The notes: generated by a model from the sequence alone, not told the origin. 64,000 nt of DNA from Eledone cirrhosa (GCA_964016885.1 CAXHJY010000264.1:599932-663931), one strand, 5' to 3'; numbered from the stretch's first letter, positions 24,602-39,978 are shown. Made by a program: numbers and translations.

Positions 24602-26010
24602 GCACCGGCCACATGTAAAATCTATGTTCTTAGTTAGCTTACCTGTGATCCCACTACATCTTTTATGCACCCATACTTTGCAATTAGGACATAAAATGGA
24701 GTTTCTACCTACGCCTTTCCTACACACCGAGCACGACCATTTCCCAGAAGGGACCGCCGCCTTATTTTCTTTCCTACAAACTAGAACTTTAGTCTTAGCC
24801 AGGTTAATTTTAAGGCCTTTTGATTCTAGGTCGTGCTTCCTTGTTTGGAATTTCTTCTCTAGCTCGGCCATTGATTCCGCTATGAGTGTCAGGTCGTCTG
24901 CGTATAGGAGTTCCCATGGGCAGCCGGTCTTGAACTCCTCTGTTATAGCCTGAAGGGCAATAATAAATAGTAGGGGACTGAGAACAGAGCCCTGATGGAC
25001 GCCAACTTTTACGTTAAACTCTTCACTATATTCGTTGTTAATTCTAACCTTGCTGACTGTTTCTTGATACATGGCTTGTATAGCTCTCACAAGTCATTCG
25101 TCAACGCCTAGTTTTCTAAGAGCCCACCAGATAATGGAGCGGGGGACTCTGTCGAAGGCTTTCTCCAAGTCGACAAAAGCTAAGTAGAGGGGTTTACCTT
25201 TAGCTAGGTACTTCTCCTGTAGTTGTCGTACAATGAAAAGAGCGTCTGTGGTACTTTTGCCTGACACAAACCCGAACTGCATTTCATCTAGGTCAATTCT
25301 CTCTCTGATTAGTTGTGCTATTACTTTTTCCGTGACCTTCATGACCTGGTCGATTAATTTAATGCCTCTATAGTTACTCCTATCTAGGGCGTCTCCTTTA
25401 CCCTTATAACAGTTAACGATGATGCTGCTATGCCAGTCCTTCGGAACAACCCCATTCTGTACGACTTGGTTAACTATGCGGGTGACCATGGTGTGTCCCA
25501 CCGTGCCAGATGCCTTCAGCATCTCAGCAACTATTTCCGAAGGCCCAGCCGCCTTACCCGTCTTCATATCCTTGATTGCCTTACTTATTATACTCCCCTC
25601 GACTAACACTGCTGGTCCCTCTATTGGGTCGATATGGGGGAGACTGTCTTTCTCCCATTTATTCTCCTCATTTAGTAGCCTTTCATAGTGACACTTCCAA
25701 GCTACCTTCTGATCAGCGTCGGTGATGGCAAGTGTGCCATCGTCGTTTAGTACACACTTCTCCCCGACAATATCACGGTTTTCCTTGACGCATTGCCTAG
25801 CAATCCTGAACACCTCACGTTTTTGGTCCTCGCGTTGTAGAACATGCTTGAACTTTCTTTCCTCAGCTTCCCTTCTTGTTAAGTACACTTGTCTCCTAGC
25901 TTCCCTCCTGGCCACTTGATAGTCTTCTCTACTTCCCCCATCCCGCCATACTTTCCAAGCCTGCTTTTTGGCCTTAATTGACCCCTCCACCTTACTGTTC
26001 CACCACCATG
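24602..26010 (-). mobile_element. RTE family A internal fragment, inverted relative to 23525-24600
   Basis: ORFs 25094-26200 and 24425-25090; TGG>TGA stop at 25094. Confidence 0.95.
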
Positions 26011-26015
26011 ATATA

Positions 26016-26051
<36 letters not shown>

Positions 26052-26265
26052 CACATATATATACACATATATATATACACATACAAATATATATATACAC
26101 ATATATATATATATACACATACAGATATATATATACACATATATATATACACATATATATATATACACATATATATGTACACATATATATATATACACAT
26201 ATATATATATATATAGACTTATATATATATACACTTATATATATACACATATATATATACACATA

Positions 26266-26297
<32 letters not shown>

Positions 26298-26491
26298 CAT
26301 ATATATATATACATATATATATATATACATATATATATATACACATATATATATATACACATATATATATACACATATATATATACACATATATATATAC
26401 ACATATATATATGCACATATATATATACACATATATATATACACATATATATATACACATACATATATACATATACATATATATATATGTG

Positions 26492-26540
<49 letters not shown>
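26011..26540. repeat. (TA)n/(TATATACA)n microsatellite array
   Basis: Directly visible. Confidence 0.98.
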
Positions 26541-26543
<3 letters not shown>

Positions 26544-26734
26544 GGTTTGAGGTTCACCACTGTATAGAGCTGGTCTATTCCGTATGGTCAATCGTAATGC
26601 AATAATATAGAGAGTACTCAACGTAAAGCAGTTCAACCGTCTTTGTTTTTGTAGTTGGTGGTGCTATTACGGAGTTAAATATTATAATGAAATGACAGGA
26701 GGCTGGATTTGTGTAAATCCTTGAAAGGTTTATT

Positions 26735-26792
26735 ATACTATGATCATTTCAATGACCGGGTTCCGTATGAATCCGGTGATATCATCAGGTAT
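26735..26792 (-). ncRNA. Type I hammerhead ribozyme
   Basis: Reverse complement: ATAC-CTGATGA-tatc ACCGGATTC atacg GAACCCGGT catt-GAAA-TGATCA-TA^GTAT-AATAAA. Confidence 0.75.
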
Positions 26793-28056
26793 TCGAAATA
26801 TAATACGTGAATGTAATAGGTAAAATCCATGGGGCTGAAAATCGAGACCCGAGGGCGACCGCTATTCTGTTCCTTCAACCTCAGCTGGTCGCCCTGGAGT
26901 GACGTGGCTAAATTTTATAGTATGCTACTACCGGTCAGATGAACGAAAACAGAAAGGGATGGGAGCATAGGTTAACGTCGATCCCATGACACAAGGTAAA
27001 AGAAAGAAAGGAAGGAGAAGAAGGGGGAAGAAAGAAGAAGAGAAGCCAGGGTTAATGTCAGCTAAAAGAGGAAGGCAACTACTACTGGTCAGATATAGGC
27101 AAGCAAGAGGGGGAAGGAAGATAAGTCTGCGGGAGGGAGGCAGGAGCAGGGGAGGAGAGAAGGAAGGGAAGAGAGAAGTAGAAAAGTAAGGGTTGATGGC
27201 TACAAGAAGGAAGATAGAAAGAAAGAGGAAGAAAGGTCGATATTAATGTCAGACCACAGTCAAGCCAGGAGTGGCGCGAGAAAATTTTCACAGGGACCCG
27301 CATCTTAGCGGAGGTGAATATATTGGGAGTCAGTGTTTTACAGTGTTTAGACTTCTAGGATGAAGTTAAAAAAATTAATAATCAATATTCAATATTAAAG
27401 AGATTAGAAAATTTAAAGTTCAACAGTTTAACATTTAATTATATAATAGTTCCGATTTGTTCTGTAATTTAAAGGTACTATTTGGCGGTTACAACAACGG
27501 CCGCGCCCCGGGCCCCATGGCGAATTAAGCCACGCCGAGTATTTTCATTTACTGAAAGAAGGGGAAATTTATTTTTCCAAGCACTCCAGGTGAGCTCGTT
27601 CGCCAGGGAGCTGGTCGCGCCGCCACTAAAACCCACCCAACAGTCCGACAGAAAGTTGGAACTTTAAAATTTTGCTTAGAGAAGTAAAAGAGTAATGGTT
27701 GATAGCTACAAGAAGGAAGATAGAAAGAGAGAGGAAGGAAGATAGAAAGAGAGAGGAAGGAAGGTCGATATTAATGTCACACCACAGTCGGGCCAGGAGT
27801 GGCGCGACAAAATTTTCACAGGGACTCGCATCTTAGCAGAGGTGAATATATTGGGGGTCAGTGTGTTACAATGTTTAGACTTATAGGATGAAGTTAAAAA
27901 ATTAATAAATTGATAATCAATATTCCATATTAAAGAGGTTAGAAAATTTAAAGCTCAACAGTTTCAGGTTGATATATCTAATATTTCCGATTTGTCTCAG
28001 GTCTCGATTTTCAGCCCCATGGATTTTACCTATTACATTCACGTATTATATTTCGA

Positions 28057-28114
28057 ATACCTGATGATATCACCAGATTCATACGGAACCCGGTCATTGA
28101 AATGATCATAGTAT
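28057..28114 (+). ncRNA. Type I hammerhead ribozyme (inverted twin of 26735-26792)
   Basis: ATAC/GTAT helix I; CTGATGA 28061-67; GAAA 28099-102; palindromic helix III ATGATCAT; predicted cut after 28110. Confidence 0.72.
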
Positions 28115-28165
28115 AATAAACCTTTCAAGGATTTACACAAATCCAGCCTCCTGTCATTTCATTAT

Positions 28166-30175
<2,010 letters not shown>

Positions 30176-30178
<3 letters not shown>

Positions 30179-30623
30179 ACCTCTCCAAGACAATGTCACT
30201 GGACCGAGACCTTTGGCGGTACTCAGTAACAGAGAAGACCCGCCTTACCTAAATATATAGTAAAACCTACTCCAGCCAGTAGGCATCTCTAACAAAATAC
30301 ACCCCGTCCCACCACCCCGTTCTATGTAAAGTTATGTTGGTGCCGCGCCATCCAGGCCGAAACAAATGAGATCGTGTAGGTGTCACGACAAAAAAACACA
30401 CAGTCCACGCTGTAATGTGGCCGTGTAGGCAACACGGTAAAAACCTCCCAGACCCACACTGTAAATGTGGTTGGTGTTAGGAAGGGCATCCAACTGTAGA
30501 AAACCTGCCAGACAGTCCTATGCGAGCAAGACAATCACTCTTGCCTCAAGTGGGACTACCCCCGTCCAAACCCATGCAAGCGTGGAACACGGACGTTAAA
30601 CGTTGATGATGATGATGATGATG

Positions 30624-30624
<1 letters not shown>
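30176..30624 (+). mobile_element. RTE family A 3' end (last codons, 3' UTR, (GAT)n tail)
   Basis: [24 protein letters not shown] followed by a 3' UTR matching the other copies. Confidence 0.95.
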
Positions 30625-30654
<30 letters not shown>

Positions 30655-30691
30655 CATATATATACATATATATATATATACATATATATAC

Positions 30692-30749
<58 letters not shown>

Positions 30750-30825
30750 TACTCTTTTACTCTTTTACCTGTTTCAGCCATCCGGCTGAGGCCATGCTGG
30801 GGCACCGCCCTTGTTGCTACACATT

Positions 30826-33800
30826 TTATCTCCAGCTTGTATAGGTTGGCCACTGGTGTAGGAGGGAGTTTGTTGCTGCTGCCCTTAGGTTTCCCTCGTG
30901 TCTTGCTGTGGGCTCATCCGGGATCCTGGATAACAAGGTGTCGAGATGTTTCTTAAAGACATCCACCTCCATGTCATGCAAGTCTCGCAGATGCCTCGGC
31001 AGCCTGTTGAAGAGTTGAGGGCCCTTGAATCCCAGGCTATTGCAATACCTGCTCCTTATTCTAGATGTGGAAGACGGGACCTTTGGCACCACACAGTGAC
31101 GTCCTGTTCGACGGTTGGTCCAGCTCCCAATGCCAAAGTTTGGTGCTAGTCCCTCCAGGATTTTCCACATGTAGATCACTGCGTATCTCTCCCGTCTTCG
31201 CTCCAAGGAGTAGAGGTTCAGTTCCTTCAGCCTCTCCCAGTAGCTTGTCTCCCTCATCTTGGCAATCCTCTTGGTGTAGCTTCGCTGGATTGCCTCAAGC
31301 TCCGTGGTTAGTTTGACACTATGGGGTGACCACAGCTGGGAGCAGTAGTCCAGGCGGCTTAGGACAAAAGTCCTCCACAGTGTGAACATGGTGTCTCGAT
31401 CTCTTGTAAGGAAAGTCCTCAAGATCCAGCCAGCGAATCGTCTACATGCTGTCGCCACCTTCATGATGTGTGAAGAAAAAGATGCAACATCGCTCATGTC
31501 TATGCCCAGGTCTCGTATCGATTTTGACACGGGGATATCGGTCCCTCCTGGTCTTGTGTAGCTGTGTTCCGCTATATTTGTGTTTGTGTTTGCAGGTTTG
31601 TATTGTAGGGCTTGGAATTTGCCAGCATTAAACTGCATGTTGTTTTCTTCCGCCCATCTGTATATGGCATCCAGATCCTGCTGTAAGAGGGCAGCGTCAG
31701 CCGGGTTTTTGATTGCCTGTGCTACCTTAGTGTCATCAGCATAGCTAGTGAGGGATGTTGTTGCATGCACCACAGAGGGCATGTCCGAGAGAGCCACCAA
31801 AAACAGTAGTGGTCCCAGGACTGTCCCCTGAGGCACCCCACTTGTTATCGGTGTTTCCCTCGAGAGGGCCCCATTTGCTGCGACTGCCTGGCTTCTGTCC
31901 CTCAGGAAGCCATGCAGCCACTCACCTACTTTTCCAGTTATGCCGAGTCCGTGTAGTTTGTGACATATCATTCCGTGGTCGACCTTGTCAAAGGCCTTCG
32001 CAAAGTCAAGATATATCACGTCTACATGTGAGCTGTCTAGTAGTTGTCTCAGTACCCAGTCGTAGTGATGTAGCAGCTGTGTAAGGCAGCTTCTTCCTGG
32101 GCGGAAGCCATGTTGCGTGCTAGTCAGGCGGTCATTTTCTTCGAGGAAAGTGATTAGTTTCTTTCTGACGACTCGCTCCATGACCTTACTGATATGCGAC
32201 GTCAGGGAGACTGGCCTATAGTTCTTGGCCTCCGCTCTACTACCTCCTTTATGGATAGGGCATATTGTGCCTTCTTTCAGCTCCCTGGGTAGTACACCGC
32301 TAGCCAAGGAGCTTCTGAAGAGCATCTTCAGTGGAGTTGCTAAGGCCCGCTTACATATTTTTAGGAGAACTGCTGGGAATCCATCAGGTCCAGCAGCCGA
32401 GTCTGTTCTAATTTCATCAATGGCGTACACCACATCCTCCTCCGTTATGTCTATGTGGTTGATGGTTGCCATTTCTTGATGTAGTGTTGTGGCATCAAAG
32501 AACTCCTCTGGCTTCGTTATTTGCATGTGCCTCAGTGGACATGTGAAGACACTTTTGTACTGTTCGTTCAGTATTTCACATATCTCTTGGGGATTTTCGG
32601 TTAATGAACCGTCCGTGTGGAAGAGTGGTCCAATCTTGCAGTGTACTGAGGCAGTTTCTTTTGCAAATTTAAAGAAGGCCTTAGGGTTTGTTTTAATGTT
32701 TTCTATGGCCCTGTTCTCTTTCCTTGCCCTCTCATTCTCATGTGAAAGCTTGAGTGCAATCTCGGTGTCAAGTAGTGCACGTTTCAAATAGGATTCCTTC
32801 TTGTTTTTGTTTTGTTGACTATTCAACTGGTTTGAGAGTTTAGTTCTACGTCTCATAAGGATTTTCCTATCTCTGGGAATAAGATTTTTGTGTCTGTTTG
32901 CCTCTTTCTCCGGGACACACTTTTTGCATATGGTGTGTATCGTTGTCATGAAGTGTTGAAATTGTGTGTTAGTGTCTTGTGTGGCGATGTTTGCACTCCA
33001 TGTTTGCTTCCGGATTTCACTCTTAATCTTCTTCCAGTCAGCCCCGTAGAAGTTAAGGCTGGATAGCGTCCTGGAGCTTCTTGGTGCTTTTGTCTCTGTT
33101 GGTTCTCTTGGACCACATATCATTAGCTCTACCAAGTTATGATCCGAGAGAATTGTTGGTGTCACCTTTACATTGTGGATGAGCACTTCGTTGTTTGTGA
33201 AACAGAGGTCCAGGACATTTTCACCCCTTGTTGGGAGGAGTATTGCTTGCTCCATGAACAGCCTGTGTGTGAGGGCCAGCAGGGATTCCGTCTGTCTCTG
33301 TTCTATTGACGTCATTCCAGGGAGGAGGTGGCCCTCAGGCCATTTGACCTTTGGTAGGTTGAAGTCTCCCAGCAGTAGGATGTTGAGACCCTGGTCCAGT
33401 TTGTCAAGGACCTCTTCTATCCTACTTAGGCTATCCTCAAATTTACCCTCATGACTGGGGGCATCGGGCGGCCGATATGTGACACATATTACCGTCTGTA
33501 GTTGCTTCATATGTATTATCAGTGTGTCACAGACTGAGTTTGAATGTGTCAACAGTACAATTGGTGTGACATCTTCACGGATATACAGAGCAACCCCACC
33601 ATGAGTTCTCTCCTTCCTGTCCGAACGAAATACAGTATATTTCGGTATATGTATTTCTGCATCTGCTATACTGCTTGTCAGGTGCGTTTCGGTTAGTGCC
33701 ATGCATAGTGCTTGATTGCTTATGGCTAAGTCTCCCAGGTAGGAAATTTTACTCATGTTGCTGAGTTTCACCAGGCCCCTGACATTCAGCAGCAGCACTG

Positions 33801-33867
33801 GTGTGACTTTTGGGGTGCCAGTAATGGCTGTCGGTATGACACCTGGTCTGGTGTCAGCGGCGGCCAC
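30826..33867 (-). CDS. LINE ORF2: APE endonuclease plus reverse transcriptase
   Basis: APE motifs LLNVRGL, ALTETHL, YRPP, LGDFN, LDLCF, SDH. RT motifs [31 protein letters not shown]. The start is uncertain because there is no ATG before APE motif I. Confidence 0.95.
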   Translation of the reverse strand: MAAADTRPGVIPTAITGTPKVTPVLLLNVRGLVKLSNMSKISYLGDLAISNQALCMALTETHLTSSIADAEIHIPKYTVFRSDRKERTHGGVALYIREDVTPIVLLTHSNSVCDTLIIHMKQLQTVICVTYRPPDAPSHEGKFEDSLSRIEEVLDKLDQGLNILLLGDFNLPKVKWPEGHLLPGMTSIEQRQTESLLALTHRLFMEQAILLPTRGENVLDLCFTNNEVLIHNVKVTPTILSDHNLVELMICGPREPTETKAPRSSRTLSSLNFYGADWKKIKSEIRKQTWSANIATQDTNTQFQHFMTTIHTICKKCVPEKEANRHKNLIPRDRKILMRRRTKLSNQLNSQQNKNKKESYLKRALLDTEIALKLSHENERARKENRAIENIKTNPKAFFKFAKETASVHCKIGPLFHTDGSLTENPQEICEILNEQYKSVFTCPLRHMQITKPEEFFDATTLHQEMATINHIDITEEDVVYAIDEIRTDSAAGPDGFPAVLLKICKRALATPLKMLFRSSLASGVLPRELKEGTICPIHKGGSRAEAKNYRPVSLTSHISKVMERVVRKKLITFLEENDRLTSTQHGFRPGRSCLTQLLHHYDWVLRQLLDSSHVDVIYLDFAKAFDKVDHGMICHKLHGLGITGKVGEWLHGFLRDRSQAVAANGALSRETPITSGVPQGTVLGPLLFLVALSDMPSVVHATTSLTSYADDTKVAQAIKNPADAALLQQDLDAIYRWAEENNMQFNAGKFQALQYKPANTNTNIAEHSYTRPGGTDIPVSKSIRDLGIDMSDVASFSSHIMKVATACRRFAGWILRTFLTRDRDTMFTLWRTFVLSRLDYCSQLWSPHSVKLTTELEAIQRSYTKRIAKMRETSYWERLKELNLYSLERRRERYAVIYMWKILEGLAPNFGIGSWTNRRTGRHCVVPKVPSSTSRIRSRYCNSLGFKGPQLFNRLPRHLRDLHDMEVDVFKKHLDTLLSRIPDEPTARHEGNLRAAATNSLLHQWPTYTSWR

Positions 33868-34748
33868 TCTGGGTCCCTTAACTGCGGTGGTCTCGAGTGC
33901 TGGTGTGGATGACCCTGGCTCTGGAGACGATGCAGCCAGGTCAGCTGTCCCACAATCTTCTCTGCCATCACTAAAAAATTTTTCTGATCTGCTGCTGCCA
34001 TCTGTATCTCGTCGGCATGTGCGTGCCTTCTCCTTGTTGGTGCAGCACGCACGACATCAGCATACTTCTGGAGCGGCTTATTTCGGCTTTGGCTGGGGCA
34101 TGTTGCGTGAGTATGATGGGCATAGTTCGTTTGAGACCTAGGGTGGGCGAATCTGCATCCCATCCCTGTCTCTCCATGCCAGCATGTCCCGTTCTTGAAA
34201 AATTTGCACATTACTTGGGGTTTTTTGCTCCCAGTGTCTCGGTGCTTTCTGTTCTTTCTTTGAACAGTTGTCCACTGGTCCCTCTGCGCTTGGTTCTCCT
34301 TCGGAAGGTGATTTCGCTTTTCACCTTTGCCCTTAGCTTGTTGGTTGCCCGGCCTGCCCTCCCTGCCTGTAGCGGAGGGTATATCATTTTCTTTCAGGTC
34401 CGTGCTTGTGCTCTCCTCCTTTTCTTTTTCCCTTTCTTTTTCCTCTTCCTTTTCCCTCTCCTTCTCCTCATCCCTCCCTTCGGTTTTCTCCTCCCTGAGG
34501 ACACGGCTTAGCATCGCCATATGAGGCGCTATGAGGACATACGCCTTCTCAATTTCTTTTCTCTTTCTCTCTATCTGTACCAGGGTCCTCATAAACCCAT
34601 GGCTCTTCAGGTTCTCCGCCATCTTTTTGCTTGGTGGAGACCCATCAGCCATAGTCCACCCCTTGATCAAAACCGCTAGTTCAATCTTCGACCAGTTTCG
34701 CTGACTCCTGATTTCACATTTTTCCCATTTTTCCTGCATGCAGTCCAT
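33786..34748 (-). CDS. LINE ORF1 with an N-terminal Myb/SANT-like (trihelix) domain, a charged coil and a CCCH zinc finger
   Basis: RNWSKIELAVLIKGW...MAENLKSHGFMRTLVQIERKRKEIEKAY and CKFFKNGTCWHGETGMGCRFAHP; lies directly upstream of and overlaps ORF2. Confidence 0.8.
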   Translation of the reverse strand: MDCMQEKWEKCEIRSQRNWSKIELAVLIKGWTMADGSPPSKKMAENLKSHGFMRTLVQIERKRKEIEKAYVLIAPHMAMLSRVLREEKTEGRDEEKEREKEEEKEREKEKEESTSTDLKENDIPSATGREGRPGNQQAKGKGEKRNHLPKENQAQRDQWTTVQRKNRKHRDTGSKKPQVMCKFFKNGTCWHGETGMGCRFAHPRSQTNYAHHTHATCPSQSRNKPLQKYADVVRAAPTRRRHAHADEIQMAAADQKNFLVMAEKIVGQLTWLHRLQSQGHPHQHSRPPQLRDPEWPPLTPDQVSYRQPLLAPQKSHQCCC

Positions 34749-35632
34749 TTCGCTGTGGAGGGGAGAGAGAGGGACAGTGGGAGGTGTAGAGTAGAGGTTA
34801 GAGAGGGACAGAGTGAGGGAGGGAGATAGAGATATAACTCCAGCGAGAGAAAAAGAAAGAGAAACAGAAGAAAAGAAAAGAAAAGGGGGAGACAGAAGAG
34901 GGGAGCGAGAGAGATAGCGGGAAGAGTGGGGGGGTCAGAGGGAGGGAGAGAAGATAGATAGAGAGAGAGAGAGAGAGCTCGTTGATCTAGAGAGAGGGAG
35001 AAAGAGAGCTCGTTGATCGAGAGAGAGAGAGGGGGAGAGAGAGAGAGAGGAAGGAGAGAGATAGAGACAGCGTGAGGGCGTGAGCAACTGCAGTTCATAA
35101 ATATAAAAATAAATTTTTAAATCTAAATTTAAATTAATGAATGGAAGAAACCGGAAACAGAGATATAGAAACACGATGTAAATGTCTGTTTACAAATATA
35201 CGGAGTTATCGTAATATCAGCATATCATACAAGAAACAACGAAATCGGGTCAAATACAGATAAGATTATACAAAATCAAACAAGATTATATCAAATTAAA
35301 TTATGTTACTCAGAAATATCAAAATTAATACGAAATTGCTTAAGCTAAACCAAAATGCTCTGGTAGACAAACAAAAATAGAAAGCACGTGTGTGTGTTGT
35401 CTCCTATGAATGAATCATACAGTGAAAATAAACATGTTCAAAACGGTAATATATGTAAAATATACTTCAAAATAATTGCGTCAAAGCACAAAAACTTATC
35501 TTTTTTGTATGTTTTCCTTGTCCTCTGAAGAATTAAAACCATACATAAATCAGATTACTGTCGATTTAAAATATTAAAATTTCAAATCCGGAGAGACGAC
35601 AATTCACGTCTTATATCAACAAGTGCCAAGCC

Positions 35633-35674
<42 letters not shown>

Positions 35675-35679
35675 TATAC

Positions 35680-35776
<97 letters not shown>

Positions 35777-35791
35777 TATACATATATATAC

Positions 35792-35881
<90 letters not shown>

Positions 35882-35885
<4 letters not shown>

Positions 35886-35990
35886 AGATCAAAAGATGGT
35901 TAAAGGAGTTCCATGTATTTTATTATGCGCATTTCAAAATTGTACAAAATCTGCATTGCTTTATTGTACTACAATAAAACTCACCTCCTA
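35882..35990. mobile_element. Two oppositely oriented 3' pieces of the hammerhead element at 47962-48283
   Basis: 35882-35937 matches 48056-48109; 35949-35990 is the reverse complement of 47962-48005. Confidence 0.8.
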
Positions 35991-36039
35991 CATATATATA
36001 TATATATATACATATATACATATACATATATATACATAC

Positions 36040-36074
<35 letters not shown>

Positions 36075-36085
36075 CATATATATAC

Positions 36086-36120
<35 letters not shown>

Positions 36121-36637
36121 CATATATATACATATATATATATATTTACATATATATATATATATACATATATATACATATATATATATACATATATATA
36201 CATATATATATACATATATATATATACATATATATACATATATATATATATATACATATATATACATATATATATATACATATACATATATATACATATA
36301 TATATATATATACATATATATACATATATATACATATATATATATACATATATATATACATATATATACATATATATATATATATACATATATATACATA
36401 TATATATATACATATATATATATACATATATATATACATATATATATATACATATATATATACATATATATATACATATATATATACATATATATATACA
36501 TATATATATACATATATATATACATATATATATACATATATATATACATATATATATACATATACATATATATATACATATATATATACATATATATATA
36601 CATATATATATACATATATATATACATATATATATAC

Positions 36638-36730
<93 letters not shown>

Positions 36731-37066
36731 CATATATATATATACATATATATATATACATATACATATATATATATATATATATACATATATATACATA
36801 TATATATATATACATATATATATATACATATATATACATATACATATATATATACATATATATATACATATATATACATACATATATATACATATATATA
36901 GATACATATATATATATACATATATATACATATATATATATACATATATATATATATACATATATATATACATATATATATACATATACATATATATATA
37001 CATATATATATACATATATATATACATATACATATATATATACATATACATATATATATACATATA

Positions 37067-37200
37067 TGTAGAAAACCTGCCAGACAGTCCTATGCGAGCA
37101 AGACAATCACTCTTGCCTCAAGTGGGACTACCCCCGTCCAAACCCATGCAAGCGTGGAACACGGACGTTAAACGTTGATGATGATGATGATGATGATGAT
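37067..37200 (+). mobile_element. RTE family A 3'-terminal fragment
   Basis: tgtagaaaacctgccagac...ggacgttaaacgtt(gat)n. Confidence 0.95.
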
Positions 37201-37402
37201 ATATATATACATATATATATACATATACATATATATATACATATATATATACATATATATATACATATATATATACATATATATATACATATACATATAT
37301 ATATACATATATATACATATATATACATATATATATATACATATATATATATACATATATACATATATATATATACATATATATATATACATATATATAC
37401 AT

Positions 37403-37437
<35 letters not shown>

Positions 37438-37472
37438 TATATATACATATATATATATACATATATATACAT

Positions 37473-37507
<35 letters not shown>

Positions 37508-37784
37508 TATATATACATATATATATATACATATATATACATATATACATATACATATACATATACATATATATATACATATATATATACATATATATAT
37601 ACATACATATATATACATATATATATATACATATATATACATACAGATATATACATATATATATACATATATATATATACATATATATATACATATATAT
37701 ACATATGTATATACATATATATATACATATATATACATATATATATACATATATATATATATACATATATATACATATATATAC

Positions 37785-37829
<45 letters not shown>

Positions 37830-37952
37830 TATACATATATATATACATATGTATATACATATATATATACATATATATATACATATATATATACATATAT
37901 ATATACATATATATATATACATATATATACATATATATACATATATATATAC

Positions 37953-38019
<67 letters not shown>

Positions 38020-38048
38020 TATATACATATATATATACATATATAGAT

Positions 38049-38206
38049 ACACTAGAAGAGGAAGACCAAGGTTAACATATGTTGATGCCCTAAGGACAGA
38101 CACTGGTCTGTTGGAGATGCAGGATATGGCAGCGATAATGAGGGACAGAGACCTCCTGGAGAGAACTCGTCCATGGATCTCGGGAATTTTACCCGCCTTA
38201 GATAGA
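38049..38206 (+). mobile_element. 3' end of a different RTE-like LINE
   Basis: [35 protein letters not shown] fits the RTE C-terminal GRP...DR..W motif; ends in TAGATAGA. Confidence 0.7.
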
Positions 38207-38267
38207 TATATATATATATATATACATATATGTATATATATATATATATATATACATATATATATAC

Positions 38268-38350
<83 letters not shown>

Positions 38351-38880
38351 TATATACATATATATATATACATATACATATATATATATATATACATATA
38401 TATATACATATATATATATATACATATACATATATATATACATATATATATACATATATATATATATACATATACATATATATATATATATATATATACA
38501 TATATATATACATATATATATATATACATATACATATACATATATATATACATATATATACATATATATATACATATATATATATACATATATATATACA
38601 TATACATATATATATACATATATATATATACATATACATATATATATATATACATCTATATATATACATCTATATATATACATCTATATATATACATCTA
38701 TATATATACATCTATATATATACATCTATATATATACATCTATATATATACATCTATATATATACATCTATATATATACATCTATATATATACATCTATA
38801 TATATACATCTATATATATACATCTATATATATACATCTATATATATACATCTATATATATACATATATATATATACATC

Positions 38881-38912
<32 letters not shown>

Positions 38913-39485
38913 CATCTATATATATACATATATATATATACATCTATATATATACATATATATATATATACATCTATATATATACATCTATATATATACA
39001 TATATATATATACATCTATATATATACATATATATACATACATCTATATATATACATATATATACATACATATATATATATACATATATATACATACATA
39101 TATATATATACATATATATATATACATCTATATATATACATATATATACATATATATATATACATATATATATATACATATATATATATACATCTATATA
39201 TATACATATATATACATATATATATATACATATATATACATATATATATACATATATATATACATATATATACATATATATACATATATATATATACATA
39301 TATATATATACATATATATATATACATATATATATATACATATATATATATACATATATATATATACATATATATATATACATATATATATATACATATA
39401 TATATATACATATATATATATATACATATATATATATACATATATATACATATATACATATACATATATATATATATATATATAC

Positions 39486-39523
<38 letters not shown>

Positions 39524-39524
39524 A

Positions 39525-39559
<35 letters not shown>

Positions 39560-39562
<3 letters not shown>

Positions 39563-39978
39563 GAAAAATTGAACAGGGACAGAACAGAGAGGCAGTACGA
39601 CAAATGTTTATTAAATTCACGCTCAGGAGAGTGGGGGGTAGGTGGAGGACGACGTTTCGGGCATAAGCCCTTCTTCAGGTGAGAGTTCAAAAGGTGTGTA
39701 GGGGAGTGGTGGAGAGACATATAGCGAAAGGAAACGGTGCGAATGAAAAATTAACAAATAAAGACAAAAATATAATAAATAATAAATAAAAATAAAGCAT
39801 GATCAAAATACAAGGAATGAGAACATTTAAAAATAAAGGCATGATCAAAATAAACTGAAATTAAAAGGGGGGTAAACAGGTGGTGGATGGGTGTGGGGTG
39901 AGTAGAGGTGGAGGCGGGTGGAGTGGGGAGAGGGAGACGGGGTGTCCGAGTGGGGAGGGCTGAAGGTGGTGTGTGTGA
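39560..39978 (-). mobile_element. Penelope-like pseudo-LTR fragment
   Basis: Minimal hammerhead followed by AATAAA (39607-12), ending in (TA)n. Confidence 0.6.
39649..39680 (-). ncRNA. Minimal hammerhead ribozyme motif
   Basis: Reverse complement: AC-CTGAAGA-A-GGGC TTAT GCCC-GAAA-CGTC^GT; helix I is only 2 bp. Confidence 0.6.

Larger units (their letters stand above)
26541..28165 (-). mobile_element. Non-coding Penelope-like element with 166-bp inverted repeats (26684-26849 / 28000-28165) and an internal ~290-bp direct duplication
   Basis: Both inverted arms carry a hammerhead followed by AATAAA. About 27175-27460 is repeated at about 27680-27995. (TA)n on both sides. Confidence 0.75.
30750..35632 (-). 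mobile_element. Apparently full-length two-ORF CR1-like LINE (family B)
   Basis: Open ORF1 and ORF2, CT-rich leader, 3' stem-loop TCAGCC-GGAT-GGCTGA and (TAAAAGAG)n tail. The 5' boundary is inferred from the adjacent (TA)n. Confidence 0.88.
35633..39560. repeat. (TA)n/(TATATAC)n array with three small inserts
   Basis: Directly visible; the CATCTATATATATA variant appears from about 38650. Confidence 0.97.

Noticed and set aside
35521-35575. CTGAAGA possible hammerhead core
   Set aside because: No correctly placed GAAA or helix I.
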